Notes: generated by a model from the letters alone, not told the origin. DNA of 64,000 bases from an uncultured Chloroflexia bacterium (GCA_963728205.1 CAVSIV010000002.1:512001-576000); one strand, 5' to 3'; shown: positions 9,449 to 22,577, counted from the stretch's first letter. Translations and numbers: made by a program.

Positions 9449-10231
9449 ATGCAACCCACGGACAATCTCCTGCTCCGTGCGCTGCCCGATGCGGAGCGAG
9501 AGCGACTCATCGCTCTCAGCTCCACCATCGAGTTCGCGCTCGGCGATGTCCTGTACGAGCAGGACCAGGAGATCGAGACCGTCCACTTCCTCACGTCGGG
9601 CTGCGCGTCGGTCCTGATCGCCATGGAGGACGGGCGCGCGCTCGAGCCGGCCGTCGTCGGTCGCGAGGGCGTGCTCGGCTTCCCGCTCGCGCTCGGAGAC
9701 AACCGGTCGCGCTGGCGATGCGTCATCGAACTCCCGGGCGAGGCGTATGTCATCCCCCGCCGGCGGCTGGCCGGCCTGCTCCGCGAATCAGGGGATCTCG
9801 GTCCGCTCCTCATGCACTACGCCAGCCTCCTCATCACCTTCGTTGCGCAATCCGCGGCCTGCACGCAGTTCCATCCGGTGGAGCAGCGCGCCGCGCGCTG
9901 GCTCCTCCTGCTGCACGAGCGCGCCGGGGTGGACCAGTTCCCGATCACGCACGAGTGGCTCGCCTACATGCTCGGCATCCAGCGCCCGTCGGTCTCCGTT
10001 GCCCTCGAGAGCCTCGCCCGCACGGGCGCCATCCGGCAGCGGCGCGGATTGGTCGAGGTGCTCGATCGCGCTCGGCTCCAGGAGCTGGCCTGCGAGTGCT
10101 ACGAGCGCGTGCAGGCCCCGTTCCGGGAGATCGTGACGGTGATGCGCCGCGGGTCGGAGGGCGGCGTGTACCAGCCCGGCGGACCCGGGGCCGAACAAGC
10201 AGGACTGGCGGAGCGTCGGGACCGGCCGTGA
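9449..10231 (+). CDS. Crp/Fnr family transcriptional regulator
   Basis: cNMP-binding-like N-terminus (VGREG); C-terminal [21 protein letters not shown]; SD GGAGG. Confidence 0.9.
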   Translation: MQPTDNLLLRALPDAERERLIALSSTIEFALGDVLYEQDQEIETVHFLTSGCASVLIAMEDGRALEPAVVGREGVLGFPLALGDNRSRWRCVIELPGEAYVIPRRRLAGLLRESGDLGPLLMHYASLLITFVAQSAACTQFHPVEQRAARWLLLLHERAGVDQFPITHEWLAYMLGIQRPSVSVALESLARTGAIRQRRGLVEVLDRARLQELACECYERVQAPFREIVTVMRRGSEGGVYQPGGPGAEQAGLAERRDRP

Positions 10232-10442
10232 CCGCCGGCTCGGAACCCGACCGCTCGATGCGCGCACCGAGCGCGGCCGCAATTTCGTCATGCGATATGG
10301 CGGATTATCAATTCTTAGCACTATGGTGTTGAGCAGCGGTGGAGGGCCGCCGGCCGAATACCCCGCCCGCACCGGCGTGCCCTCCACCCTCTTCCTGCCT
10401 GTCTGCCGTCGCGCCGACGAGCGTCGACCCGGAGGAACCGCC

Positions 10443-11549
10443 GTGACGAACGAGAATACGAACCTGCCTCCCATCAAGGTGATCGGCGTCGGCGGCGGCG
10501 GCTGCAATGCGGTGAGTCGCATGGTCCGGGAGCGCCTTTCCGGGGTCGAGTACGTGGCCGTGAACACCGACCTGCAGGCGCTGACGCGAAGCGAGGCCGA
10601 CGTCAGGGTGCAGATCGGCGACCGCGTCACGCGCGGACTCGGTGCCGGAGCGGATCCGGCGCGGGGGGGTCAGGCCGCCGAGGAGTCGGTCACGCTGCTC
10701 GAGGCGGCAATCGCGGGCGCGGGGATGGTGTTCGTTGCCACCGGCCTCGGGGGCGGGACCGGCACCGGGGCCGCGCCCGTCGTCGCGCGCATCGCGCGCG
10801 CGGCAGGCGCCCTCACCATCGGCGTGGCGACGAGGCCGTTCGCCTTCGAGGGCGCGAAGCGGCGCCTTCAGGCGGAGCAGGGCGCGCAGGCGCTGCGCGA
10901 GCAGGTCGACACGCTGATCCTGATTCCCAACGATCGCCTGCTCGAGATCGGCGACGTCGAAGCCTCGGTCGTGAAGGGATTCGAACGCGCCGACGCCGTG
11001 CTCCGCGACGGCATCCAGGGCATCAGCGAACTGATCACGCAGCCCGGGATGGTGAACCTGGACTTCGCCGACGTGCGCAAGGTGATGTCCGACGCCGGGC
11101 CGGCCGTGATGGCCGTGGGGAGCGCGCGCGGCGCCGATCGCGCCGTCGAGGCCGCCCGCCAGGCGGCGGCGAGCCCGCTCGTCGAGGCGAGCATCGCCGG
11201 CGCGTCGCGGGTGCTCTTCAACATCACCGCGTCGGCCGACCTGAGACTGCGCGAGGTCGAGGCGGCCGCGCGCGTGATCGCCGAGACGGTCGATCCCGAC
11301 GCCGAGATCGTCTTCGGGACGTGCGTCGACCGCGCGGCCGGCGACGAACTGCGCCTGACGTTGATCGCCACCGGGCTGCGCTCCGCCGCGGGGCAGCTCG
11401 CCGCGGCCACTGGGGAGGCGCTCCCGGCGCCGGCCGAACGCCGGCCGGGACCCACGCGCAGCGCGCTGCCCCCGATCCCGGCGCTCGACGACGCCGGCGG
11501 CCTCGAGCTTCCGAGCTTCCTCCGACGGCGCGCGTCACGAGGCGCGTGA
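10443..11549 (+). CDS. ftsZ: Cell division protein FtsZ
   Basis: [21 protein letters not shown] signature, NLDFADV T7 loop, C-terminal ELPSFLRR; SD GGAGG before GTG 10443. Confidence 0.96.
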   Translation: MTNENTNLPPIKVIGVGGGGCNAVSRMVRERLSGVEYVAVNTDLQALTRSEADVRVQIGDRVTRGLGAGADPARGGQAAEESVTLLEAAIAGAGMVFVATGLGGGTGTGAAPVVARIARAAGALTIGVATRPFAFEGAKRRLQAEQGAQALREQVDTLILIPNDRLLEIGDVEASVVKGFERADAVLRDGIQGISELITQPGMVNLDFADVRKVMSDAGPAVMAVGSARGADRAVEAARQAAASPLVEASIAGASRVLFNITASADLRLREVEAAARVIAETVDPDAEIVFGTCVDRAAGDELRLTLIATGLRSAAGQLAAATGEALPAPAERRPGPTRSALPPIPALDDAGGLELPSFLRRRASRGA

Positions 11550-11780
11550 CGTCGTTCGGATGGAAGGCGTGTGGCGCCGCCGTCTGCCACGGCACGTTCG
11601 GTGGCGAGGACCGGCCAAGGCGCACGTAGGCGGCGCCGCGATCACGCGCCCGACGCGGGCCCCACGCTCGGGTCGCTGGGGCGGTCGGGGCCGCTCTCGC
11701 AGTCCCGTGCCCGCCGGGCAGCGCGCCGTCCGCCGCTTTCGTGGCCGCTATCTGGTCGCTTGTGTATTCTCAGGCCCCGT

Positions 11781-11856
11781 GCCGAGGTAGCTCAGTTGGT
11801 AGAGCACGCGACTGAAAATCGCGGTGTCCCCGGTTCAAATCCGGGCCTCGGCACCA
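11781..11856 (+). tRNA. tRNA-Phe (GAA)
   Basis: GCCGAGG/CCTCGGC acceptor stem, D arm GCTCAGTTGGTAGAGC, anticodon arm CGCGA-CTGAAAA-TCGCG, GGTTCAAATCC T arm, encoded CCA. Confidence 0.97.
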
Positions 11857-11910
11857 CCTCCTGACACGCCGCTCCACCGCCCGCTGCCGCGGCTGCCGTC
11901 CGCACCCGGG

Positions 11911-14900
11911 TCAGTGACGTCCGCCCGACCCGCCTGCGGCCCCGGGCCCGGCGTCTTCTGAGTGCTTCGGCCCGCCGTCGCCTGGCTCGCCGTCGCCCGT
12001 CCCGGCCGTGCCGGCGTCGCGTCCATGCTCCTTCGCCGCGGGATCCGTCAGCTCGATGGCAACGCTGTACGACCGGCCGTCGTCGAGCGACACCTCAATC
12101 GCCGCCGTCCCCGCCGGGATGCCCGTCGTGTCGATGACGTACGAGTACTGTCCGCCACGCTCGTCGTGCGTCGCGCCCCGACCGTGTCCCCGGCCCGGGT
12201 CCGGCGCCGGCCCATTGCCGTCAACATGGCCGCTGTTCCGGAGCCGCGCGGGCGCGCCGTTGACCGTGACCGTCACCGCGGCCCCGTCCACGGCGTGGTG
12301 CCGCGCGTCGAAGAGCCGGAACTTCAGCGGCACCGCCTGCCCGACCTCGAAGTGCGCTTGCTTTCCCAGCGGCGGCTCGAATCCGCCCCAGCCGTAGGTC
12401 ACGCTGTACGCGACCGTCACCTGGTTCGTGTTCCCGGCCACGTCGCTCGCCGTCACGGTGTACGTGTACTGGCCCACGCCGGTCGCGGTCGGCGGCGCGG
12501 AGAGCACGCCGTCGCAGGCGCCGGCCAGGCCGGACGCGTCCGCACCCGGGTCCGCCGCCTCGCAGGCGGGGTCGGCCCCGCCGACGACGTACGAGCCGCC
12601 GGCGTCGACGCCCGAGATCGTGATTTGCGGCGCCGCCTGGTCGACCCTGAACGCAAGCTGCCGCACCGGCTCCACGTTCCCGGCGGCGTCCACCGAGAAG
12701 TACGCCACGCTATAGACGCCGTCGGGGAACGTCACCGGGCCGCTGTACGGCTGCTCGTCGCCGCCGTTCACCCGGTACGCCGTCCGCGCCACGCCCGACG
12801 CCGCGTCGGTCGCCGTCAGCGTCAGCACGACGGGCGAGCCCGCGATGTACCAGCCGTCGTTGCCGGTCGTGCCGGCCAGCGACGCCGTCGTCGCCGGCGC
12901 TTTCTGGTCGATCTCGACGTCGACCGACTGCGCGGCCTCGATGTTGCCGGCCAGGTCGCTGGACCGGAACTGCACCGAGTGCGAGCCGTCGGCGGTCAGC
13001 GCGATGGGCGCGTCGTAGGGCTGCCATCCCGCGCCGTCGACGTTGACCTCGGTCGAGGCGACGCCGGAGAGCGCGTCGGCGGCGCCGAGCGATACCGAGA
13101 CCGGACCGGTGTACCAGCCGCCGTCGCCGACCGGGCCGTCTACGGTCGCGGTCGTGACCGGGGCCGTGAGGTCGACGCGGATGCCGTCGAGCGTCGCGGA
13201 GGCCACGTTGCCCGCCTCGTCCGCGCAGCTCACGGTCGCCGACTGTGCGTCGCCCTCGTCGCTCAGCGTGACCGTCGTGCAGCTCGCCGCGTCGATGCCC
13301 GAGAGGGCGTCGGTGCCGGCGCCGGTGACGGTCACCGGCGCGCGGTTCCACCCCGCCGCGTTGGGCGCGGGCGACTGCGCCGCCGTCACGTCCGGCGGCG
13401 TGCGGTCGACGTTGATGTCGCCCGCCGTCGCCGTGGCGACGTTGCCCGCCTGGTCGGTCGCCGTGCCGGTCACCGACTGGCCCGCGCCCTCGGCGCCGAC
13501 GGTCGCGTCGCCGTCGCAGCTCGCCACGCCGGACGCGTCATCGCTGCACGTGAACGTGACCGACACGTCGTCGACGTTCCAGCCGTTCGCGTTCGCGTCC
13601 GGCGTGCGTGTCGACGTGATGGTCGGCGGCGACTGGTCGACCTTCACCTCCAGCGTTTGCGCGTCCTCCACGTTCCCGGCCTCATCCATCGAGAAGAACG
13701 TGAGGTTGTGCACGCCGTCGGTGAGCGTCAGCGGGCCCGCGTAGTCTGCCGGCGACCCGCCGTCGACGGTGACGGTCGTGGACGCCACCCCCGAGCGGTC
13801 GTCCGCCGCGCTCAGCGTCACCACCACCGGATCGCCCGCCATGTACCAGCCGTCGCGGCCGGCGGTGCCGCTGACCGAGGCGGTCGTGATGGGAGGCGTG
13901 CCATCGGGGACCGTCATCGCGAAGGCGGTGCCGGTGAGCGACGTGATGCTCGGTGTGCTGGTCGCGTCGAGCGTGACCGTGAAGCGGCCGCCCGACGTCG
14001 TGCCGTCGAGGTTGTCCGCCGTGTCCATCACCGGCGCGGCGCCGCCGCTGCCGAGGACGGGCTGCCAGGCGGCGCCGTCGAAGTACCAGAGCTCGAGCAG
14101 CCCCTCCCGGGCCGGCGTCACGCTCGACGGGTAGTACATCCGCACCGTCGCGGAGTCGCCGGGGTCCGCGCCGGTCACGCGCAAGTCGACATAACCACCA
14201 TCGACCCCGAAGGCGACGCCGCCGATCGGGTTGTGGCTGTAGGTCGCGACCGCGGCCCAGACGTCGCTCGCGGCCACCCCGCCGGGCGCGGGCGCGCCCG
14301 TGTCGGTGACGCCGGCGGCGATACCGGCGCCATCGGGGCCTGACGGCATGAGCGAGACGGTGGTCGTCCCGGCGAGCGCGCCCGGCGCGCCGGTCACGGC
14401 CTCCACGGCCGGCCCGACGACGAAGACGGGAACCGCGTCCGACGCGTTGAGGAGGAGGCCGCGCGCGGACTGGCCGAGCCTGACGTCAACGTGCCGGTAG
14501 TGCCCGCCCGCCGACGCCACGAGGTCGGCAGGCACGGTCGCCTGGACGTGCGAGGCGTCGATCGCCGTGGCGTCCAGCAGCGTGCCGTCCCAGCTCACCC
14601 CGAGTGGCCCCTGCGCCGGGTCCGTGAAGTCGGCCAGCACGTCGCCGGTCAGCGTCAGCGTGAGGTCGCCGCTGCCGGCCGCGATGCGCGACGGGCTCGC
14701 CTCGACAATCGCGTACGGGCCGACCGCGCGCGTCGTGAGCGAAACGACCGCCGTGTCGTTGGATGCATCGGCGTCGACCACGGACTCATCCGGCGTGAGC
14801 GAGGCCGTGGCTTCGAACGAGGCCTCGCCCGCGCGCGTACAGGCGACCGTGAAGTCGAGCGGGACGCTTGTCGTCTCACCCGCGTCCAGGGTGATCGGTT

Positions 14901-17900
14901 CCGCCTCCGGCGCGCCGACCACCGCGCAGGCGCCCGAGACGTCCAGCGTCGCGCCGACCATGAAGCCGGCGCCGTCCGCGGGGCCGGCGTTCGTGACGTC
15001 GGCGGTGACGGTGACGGTGCTGTTCCCCACGGTCGACGGCGCGGCTCCGCTCGTGACCGCAACCGTCGCGCTCACCTGGCCGTCGGCCGGCAGCACGAAG
15101 GGCATCATGACGAAGTCCTGCTGCGTGTTGTTCGCGAGGTCGGGATCGGGCACGTCCGGCGTCTCGCCGCCGGCCGGCTGCACGTCGGCCGAGACGTCAA
15201 TCTCGTGGGCGCCGCCCCCATCGCAATGCACCTGGAACGTCGCCGTCACGGGCGCGGAGTCGCCGGAGTTCAGCGTGAGGTCCAGCGTCTTCGGGTTCTC
15301 GTCGCTGATGGTGCACCCGGTTCCGACGGCCGGCGTCGCCAAGAGCGTCGCGACGTAGTCGGCTGGACCGTACGGCCCGTGGCTCACGACCGTCGCGTCG
15401 ACCGTGAGCGTGGCGTCCGAGCCGGCCGCGGTCGGGTCTGCCGGCGGCACCAGGGTGAGATCCATGAGCTCGGCGTCGGCCCCCGCGAATGTGATCGTCG
15501 CGCTCGCCGAGGCCTCGTCGTTCGCATGGTTCTCGTCCGGCTGCGCGACGGCGTCGACCGGCGCGACCCCGGCCGCCACCGAGACGTCGTATTCCCCCGG
15601 CGCGTCGCACGCGATCGCGAACTCCCCGTGCACGGGTGCGGACGCGCCGGCGGCAAGCTCGTCGACCGCGATCGTCTGCGTCGCGTCGCCCGACACGGCG
15701 CAGCCGTCTGGAGAGCGCCGGCGTGAGCGTCACCGCGAAGTCGGCGAGGTCGAGCGGCCCGTGGTTCGTCACGGCCGCGTCGACGGTGAGCGTCGCGCTG
15801 CCCGCCGGTGCGCCGAGCACCGGATCCGCCGGTGGCGTGAGCGTGAGGTCGCTCAGCTCGGCGTCGGCCATGTTCGGGTTGGGCGCAATCCGGAAGTCGA
15901 GCGCGAACCCGCCGCCCGCCGCGCCGTCGTAGTCGCCGTCGAGCGCGGCACCGTGGCTGTCGGTCACCCCGGCGCACGCGATCAGCCGGTATGCCGCGTC
16001 GTCCGGCAGCCGCACGCCGCCGTTCGCCCGCAGGCTCACGGTCGCCGCGGCGGCGTCGAACTGCAGGGCGTCGAGCGGGATGGCGAGGTCGTCGCCGGCG
16101 GGTGCGTCGCAGGCGGCGGTCTGCGCCACGCCGTCTGGTCCGTCGTCCACGAGCGCGTAGTTGGCCGGGTCGCTGGCGGTCGTGGCCATCCACTCGCTGA
16201 AGCGCAGCGTGAACTGCGTCAGGAGCTGGTCGCCCGGATAGAGCGAGCCGTCGAAGAGCGCGCCGTCGGGCGCGGCCTCGGTGGTGACGGCGTCGAGCAC
16301 CGTCGGCGGGCCGCTCTCCACGGCGAAGTCGCGGTGGAAGTCGGCACCGCCGGCGATCCCGTTGCCGAAGCCGTCGAGGCGGTGCCCGACCAGGTCCTTG
16401 ATGGCCGGGAGGTCCGGCTGCGTGCCATCCCCATCGCTGGCGCACACGACCAGCCGATAGGTGCCGTCGCGCAGCCCCTCGCCGCCGTTGACCGCGAGCA
16501 GGGCGGTGTGACCGGCGGCGTCATACGCCACCGAGTCGACGGGAATCCCGGCGGGGATGCTCGCGGCATCGGACCGGCAGTCCACATACGGGAGGACGCC
16601 GTCGGGGCCGGCCGCGTAGAGCCGGTAGAGGCCGGGGTTCGTCACGTCGTACGGGTCGGTGTCGCCTGCGGGGTCGGCCACCGGCTCGGAGAAATGGACG
16701 CCCAGCGTCGCGGGTCCGGTGGCAGTCGTCGCGCCCTCGGCCAGGACCCCGCCGCCGCCCCCGGCACCGACGGCGGTTACGGACCGGACCTTCGGCGCCG
16801 TGTCGTCGACCACGATGAAGTCCCGCGTGAAGTCGTCGCCCTGCTGGCCGTCGCCGTTGCCGTCGAGCACGTTGCCCGCGGGATCGGCGACGGACGCGTG
16901 GCCGCTGCAGACGACGAGGCGGTAGGCGCCCTGCGGGAGCGCATCGCCGAGCACCGAGTAGCCGGGGAACTCGACGTTCGCGCCCGCGGCGGCGCCGCCG
17001 ACGCTGGAGTTGAAGACGTGGACGAGCGAGGCGCGGATCGCCGCGTCGTCGCCCTGGACGGGACCGCAGCCGGGCGTCTCGAACGTACCGTCCGCGCCCG
17101 GGGTGAGCAGCTCGTAATTCGCGGGGTTGCTGATGTCGCCCGCCCCGTCGTCGCCCGCGGGGTTCTGCACGGACTTGCTGAACCCGACCACCGCGTGCAC
17201 CGGGTGCTTCGAGTCGGGGACCGTCGCGCCCGGGTCCATGACGTCGACCGACGGGCCGACGCCCTGGATCGCGGCGCCGACGACGCTCGGCGCGGTGTTC
17301 AGCGTCTGGAAGCCGCGCGAGACGTCTCCGCCCGGCAGGCCGTCGCGGTCGCCGTCCAGGGGGTGGCCGGCGAGGTCGATCAGGGCCACGCCGGCGGCAT
17401 CGCCGCTGCAGACCAGGAGCCGGTAGCCGCCCGCCGGGAGCGGCCAGCCGCCGTTGAGGTGCAGCGTCGCCGTGGTCGTCGCGGCGTCGTAGGTCACCGC
17501 GTCGATCGGCACGGCGCTGTCGCCCGCCGCCAGCGGGCCGCATTCGGCCTCCTGCGGAACGTCCGACGACCCTGAGCCGACCACGAGATAGTGCGCGGGA
17601 TTCGTCACGTCCTGCGCATCGGTGTCGCCGTAGCGGTCGAGCATCGGCTCGCTGAACGTGACGTCCAGGGTGGAGGCCGCCCCGATGTACGGGTCGGCGG
17701 GGAAGCCGCTGATCGTGGACGACGCCACGTACGGCGCGACGACGTCTCCGCCGCTGCCGAAGTCGAGCGCGAAGGCGTCACCCGCGGTGCCGTCACCGTC
17801 GCCGTCGAGCGGGTTCCCGGCGGCGTCCTGTGCAGCGCACACGAGGAGCCGGTACACGCCGCTCGGCAGCTGCGCGCCGCCGTTGAGGGCCAGGGTCGCG

Positions 17901-20900
17901 ACCGTGCCGCGCTGCGAGACGGTCACGCCGTCGACGGCGATCGCCACGTCGTCGGACTGCGGTGCGCCGCAGGCGTTGCTCGCGACCGCTCCGTCGGGTC
18001 CCGCCCCGAACAGCGCGTAGCTCGCAGGATTGGTGACGTCGTGCGGCAGGGTGTCGCCGGCCGGGTCGCTCATCGGTTCGCTGAAGCTCACGGCGAGCGA
18101 CGCGACCGGGTGGGTCTCCGGCACGACGTCGCCGTCCGCGATCGCCCCGCGCAGTTCGGACACGCCCGTCACCGCCGGCGGCTGCCAGTTGAGCGCGAAG
18201 TCACGGATGTAGTCGGCGACGCCGGACAGGCCGTTGCCGTAGCCGTCCAGGCGCCGGCCATTGAGATCGGCGATCGCGAACGGGGCGTCGGCCGAGCCGC
18301 ACACGAGCAGACGGTAGCTGCCGTCCGGCAGCGACGCGCCGCCGTTGAGCGACAGCGTCGCGGTCTGCGTGGCGTCGTCGTACGTCACGCCGTCGATCGC
18401 GACCGTGCTCGCCACTTGCTGGGCGCAGGCACCCGCCGGGAAGCCGCCGCCGAAGCCGGCGCCGTAGAGGCGGTACGCCTCCGGGTTCGTCGCGTCCGTC
18501 AGGCCGACATCGCCATCCGGGTCGTTGACGCGCTTGTTGAAGGTGACGCTGATCCGCGAGAGCGGGTCCGTCACGAGCACGTCGCCGCCGGCGCCGCCAT
18601 GGGGATCCACATGGATCGAGCCGGTGACGCCCGCGCCGCCGTAGCTCAACGTCGTCACCACCGGCGGCCCCTGCGTGCCGTCGACGCGGAAGGTCCGCGC
18701 GAAGTCGTCGCCGGGCACGCCGTCGCCGTTGCCGTCGATCGCGGTGCCGTCGGCGTTCACGACGCCGTCGAAGCCGCGCACGAAGAGCCGGTAGGTCTGG
18801 TCCGCGGGCAGCGCGACGCCGCCGTTCAGCGCCAGCGTCGCCGTCGCGGTCGCGGCGTCGTAGATGACGCCGTCGATGGCGATCACCGCGTCGTCGCCGA
18901 TGAACCCGAAGCCGGGCTCGCTGGCGGCGGCGTCGTAGTACGTCTTGAACAGCTGCGTGTAGCCGCTGCTGAACAGCGCCGCATGGTCGTGGCTCGTTTC
19001 GACGTCGATCGACTGCGCAGGGGCGGTCACGCTGCCGGCGCCGATCACGCGGAACGTGTAGGTGCTGCCCGCGTTGAGATTCGCGTGGATCGGCACGATG
19101 TTCCAGCCGGGCGTCAGGGTGATGTCCTGGCTCGCCATCGGCGCGTCTCCGGGCATGACGAAGTTCGGTCCCGGCGCGCCGGCGTACAGCTCGAACGTCG
19201 CGGCGTCGCCCTCCGCGCTGTCGATGTCGAACGCGACCTGCGACAGCCAGCCGGAGTAGCGGGCGTGGAACACCTCGCCGAAGTGCGGCTCGACCACGCC
19301 GATCGACCCCGTGTGCGAGACCAGCTCGGCCTGGCCCGCGACGAGGCACGGCGACGCCGTTGCGCACAGCGCCGTCGAGATCACGCCGTCGTCGCCGGCG
19401 CCGACGAGCACGTAGTTCGCCGGGTTGGTGACGTCGCCGGACGCGGTGTCGCCGTCCGGGTTCCTCATCGGCTCGTCGAACGCGACCCGGAGGTCGGTGA
19501 TCGGCGCGCGCGTGGACGCGCCGTCCTCGACGTTGCCCGCGGACGAGGATCCGACCCCTGTCACGTACGGCGCGGTGGCGCTGATCGAGAAGTCGCGCGT
19601 GAAGTCGTCGCCGCCCACGCCGTCCGCGCTGCCGTCGAGCGCGTTCCCGGCCGTGTCGCGCAACCCGCGTGCACCGCGCGCGATCAGGCGGTAGCCGCCG
19701 CCCGGCAGCGGGTTGCCGCCATTCACGGTGAGCGTGACGCGCTGTGTCGCAGCGTCGTACGTGACGGCGTCGACCGCGATGCGGGCGCCGTCGCCGAGCG
19801 CCCCGAACGGTGCCTGGGCGCCCGGCAGGGCGACCCACGTCTCGAAGAGGAAGTCGAAACCGGGGTTCGCGAGCGTGCGTCCGCCGACATATGTGTGCCC
19901 GTTGTTCCCAACGTCGGGCGCATAGATGTCCCCGCCGGTGACCGTGAACGTGTAGGTGCTGCCCGCCGTGACCGGCAGCGGGGCCGCCAGCACGAGGTCG
20001 TTCCATCCACCGTGCAGCGAGACCGCCTGCGATCGCAGCGCGGGGGTCGTCGCCGGCGCGTACCCGACCGTCGCATCCCCAATGATGCCGTCCTGGAAGA
20101 CCTTGAGGGTGTACGTCCGGTCGGGCTGCGCCCGATTGAGCAGCACCGAGATGGCGGCGAGGCTGCCCGTGCGCCCCGCCGTGAACGACTGGCCGAAGTC
20201 GCCGTCGGCGTGGCCGACGCCGCATCCCTCGAAGTCGGTTTCGGGGCAGTCGGCCACGACCTGCCGCTGATCGCTCGTCGCGCAGGTGGTGCCCATCGGC
20301 GCGCAGCTGGCGGCGTCGACGGTCGTGCCGGGCGAACGCACCAGCAGGTAGTTGCCCGGGTTCGTCACGTCGGAGGCGCCGGCGTCACCCGGGGAATCGA
20401 TCATCGCCTCGCTGAACGTCAGACCGAGCTGAGACACGTGGACGTCCTGCAGCGCGTCGCCGGCGCCGAGCGTGACGGCGCCGGCCGGCCCGGCATAGGA
20501 GACCTCCGTGACCCGCGGCGGGACGGCGTCGACCGTGACCGTGCGGGACGACGTCCACGTGTGCTGATCCGCCGGGCGGATCGCCGCGGTCAGCGCTTCC
20601 TTCACGGTCAGCGTCGCCGCGTACGCGCCGCTCGACCGGTACACGTGATCGACCACGCGATTCAGCGCGTCGGAGTTCGTGGGATCGACGGTCGTCCCGT
20701 CGCCGAAGTCCCACCAGTATTCGAGCTCCTGTCCGCCCGGGTTCGGCACGGTGAACGCCTCGAATCGGACGCCCTGGTTCTGCACGGCCGTGCTCGGCGC
20801 GGCGAAGTCGCCGCTGCCGCCCGGGCGCGGATCGAGCACGACGGGCGAACCCGCGTACGGGTTGAACCCCTGCAGCGTCCACTGCTGGCCCGTCGCCCCG

Positions 20901-22360
20901 TGCTGCATCGTCCGCTGCGTCGCTGGGAGGTCGAGCGTCTCGTCGTCCTCGGGCCCCCACGACTCGCTGATCTCCGGCGACTTCACCGCCGGCGTGACCG
21001 TGTGGCCGGCGACCTTCACCGCGGGCACGACCGTGTACTTCGGAATGTCGAAGCTGAATTCGCCCGCAACCTGGTGGATCGAGCGCTGATTGGAGATGGT
21101 CGTGGTGTTCGTGAAGGTGTTGCCCGGGATCTGGAAGGTCGGGTCTACCGACCAGCCGAAGTTCGGGTCGATGGCCGGCGCGACGAACTCGATGTCCTCG
21201 CCCACCGTGACCGTGATCGTGTCGGAGTTCCCCGTGCTCACCACGTCGTGCGTCGCGTGATCGCGCACCGTGTACTGGAGCGCCTGCGGGAAGCGCAGCG
21301 TCACCTGCATCGGGTCGGGGTGGAGTTCCAGCGACTGCCCCAGGCTGAACTTCAGCCACTCCTTCTCGTCGAGCAGCGTGTACGAGGCGCTGATGTCATG
21401 CGTGGCGACCTCGAAGCCCTTGTTCGACGCGCTCAGCGGGATCTTGTTGCCCACCGCCATCGAGTAGTACTTGTCCAGGTCCAGGCTCAGGTCGATGAAG
21501 TCCTCGCTGGAGCCGAAGTACGAGGACACCCCCGAGTTCGCGTATGAGAGATCCGGGAGGTGGTAGTGGCCGCCGACGCCCGACAGGAACTCGGCGAGGA
21601 ACGGGATCTTCGTATCGGCCTGGTTGTCGATGGTGTAGGGCGGCAGGAGCGATCCGGTGAGGTCGCCCGTGTTCGCGTCGAACGGCGGGATCAGCGGGAG
21701 ATTGAGGGATCGGTTGAACGACGGCAGCAGGCTGTCGAAGTGCTTGCAGTCGAAGATGCAGAACCGGATGTCCGCAGAGACGTCGAGGTCACCGGTCGCC
21801 GTGACGTCGATCTGTCCCTTCGGGAACTCGGGGTCCATCTGCGGCCGGTCGTACGCGCCGAACGTCTCAATGGTGACGGTGTCGCCGGGCACGAACGAGT
21901 CCTTGCGCGGCACGAAGAGCCACGCGTTCGCCGGGAGCCTGACTGAGAGGTTGCCGGTGCCGAAGTCGTGGAAGGTGGCGTTGAACCCGAAGTCGCCGTC
22001 GACGTTGAGGGTCACGTCGGCGCCGAACTTCTCGCCGGCTACGTCGACCACGTGGCCATCCGAGAGTTGCGCATGCACGGAGTTGGGCTCGAGCGGTAGC
22101 TGCATGGTGTCCGGCGTCGCCTCCGTGCCGGGGCCCCACAGACTCTGGTCCTTCGCCTCGAAGGTGGTCTGGTAGTAGTACATGTCGTGCGTGCTCAGGA
22201 GTGACTGGAGCTCGTCCTGAGTGAGCACGCCCGGCGGCGGGTCGGGCGGCCCGTCCGCGGCCGCGCGCAGCATGCGCGGGCCGACCGTCCCGAGAACGAG
22301 TGCGACGGCGAGCAGGGCGATGAGCGCGGGCAGGATGCGTGTGACGAGCGCGCGGAGCAT
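11911..22360 (-). CDS. Giant secreted/surface protein (~3480 aa if joined): signal peptide, PKD domain, 8 Ig-like repeats with DxDxDG-like motifs, CARDB-like repeats, IPT-like domain, GWY-type Ig repeats, C-terminal PxKF-like domain; frameshift near 15710
   Basis: ORFs 15197-22360 and 11911-15696 join into one coherent protein if one base near 15710 is removed (TPALPDGCAVSGDAT); YWWDFGDG PKD motif; repeated DVTNPANY...LDGNGDG...DF units. Confidence 0.8.
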
Positions 22361-22577
22361 GTGGCGTCTCTCGGCCTAGGCGCGCACCGGGGCGGCTTGC
22401 GCTCCGCGAACCTAGCCGAGGGCCCTCGCGACCCGAATCAGCCGAAAGTTAGAACTCGTGAGAGAACCGGTCAGATCATTGGATGACCGGCGGGGCAGGC
22501 GCGCTCCGTCCGGATCGCAGAGCCGCGGCACATGGTGAGGTCGCGAGGGCGGAGGTCCGCCCCCGCGACCGTCCCTG

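Noticed and set aside
10232-10442. Crp box (TGTGA-N6-TCACA) or LexA box upstream of ftsZ
   Set aside because: No convincing match found by eye
17591-21547. 1318-aa plus-strand ORF and many other long Arg/Ala-rich alternative-frame ORFs
   Set aside because: Antisense or off-frame shadows of real genes, typical of high-GC DNA, with no motifs
11781-22570. Integrated island at tRNA-Phe
   Set aside because: I found no duplicated tRNA 3' end and no adjacent integrase; cannot be supported from this window
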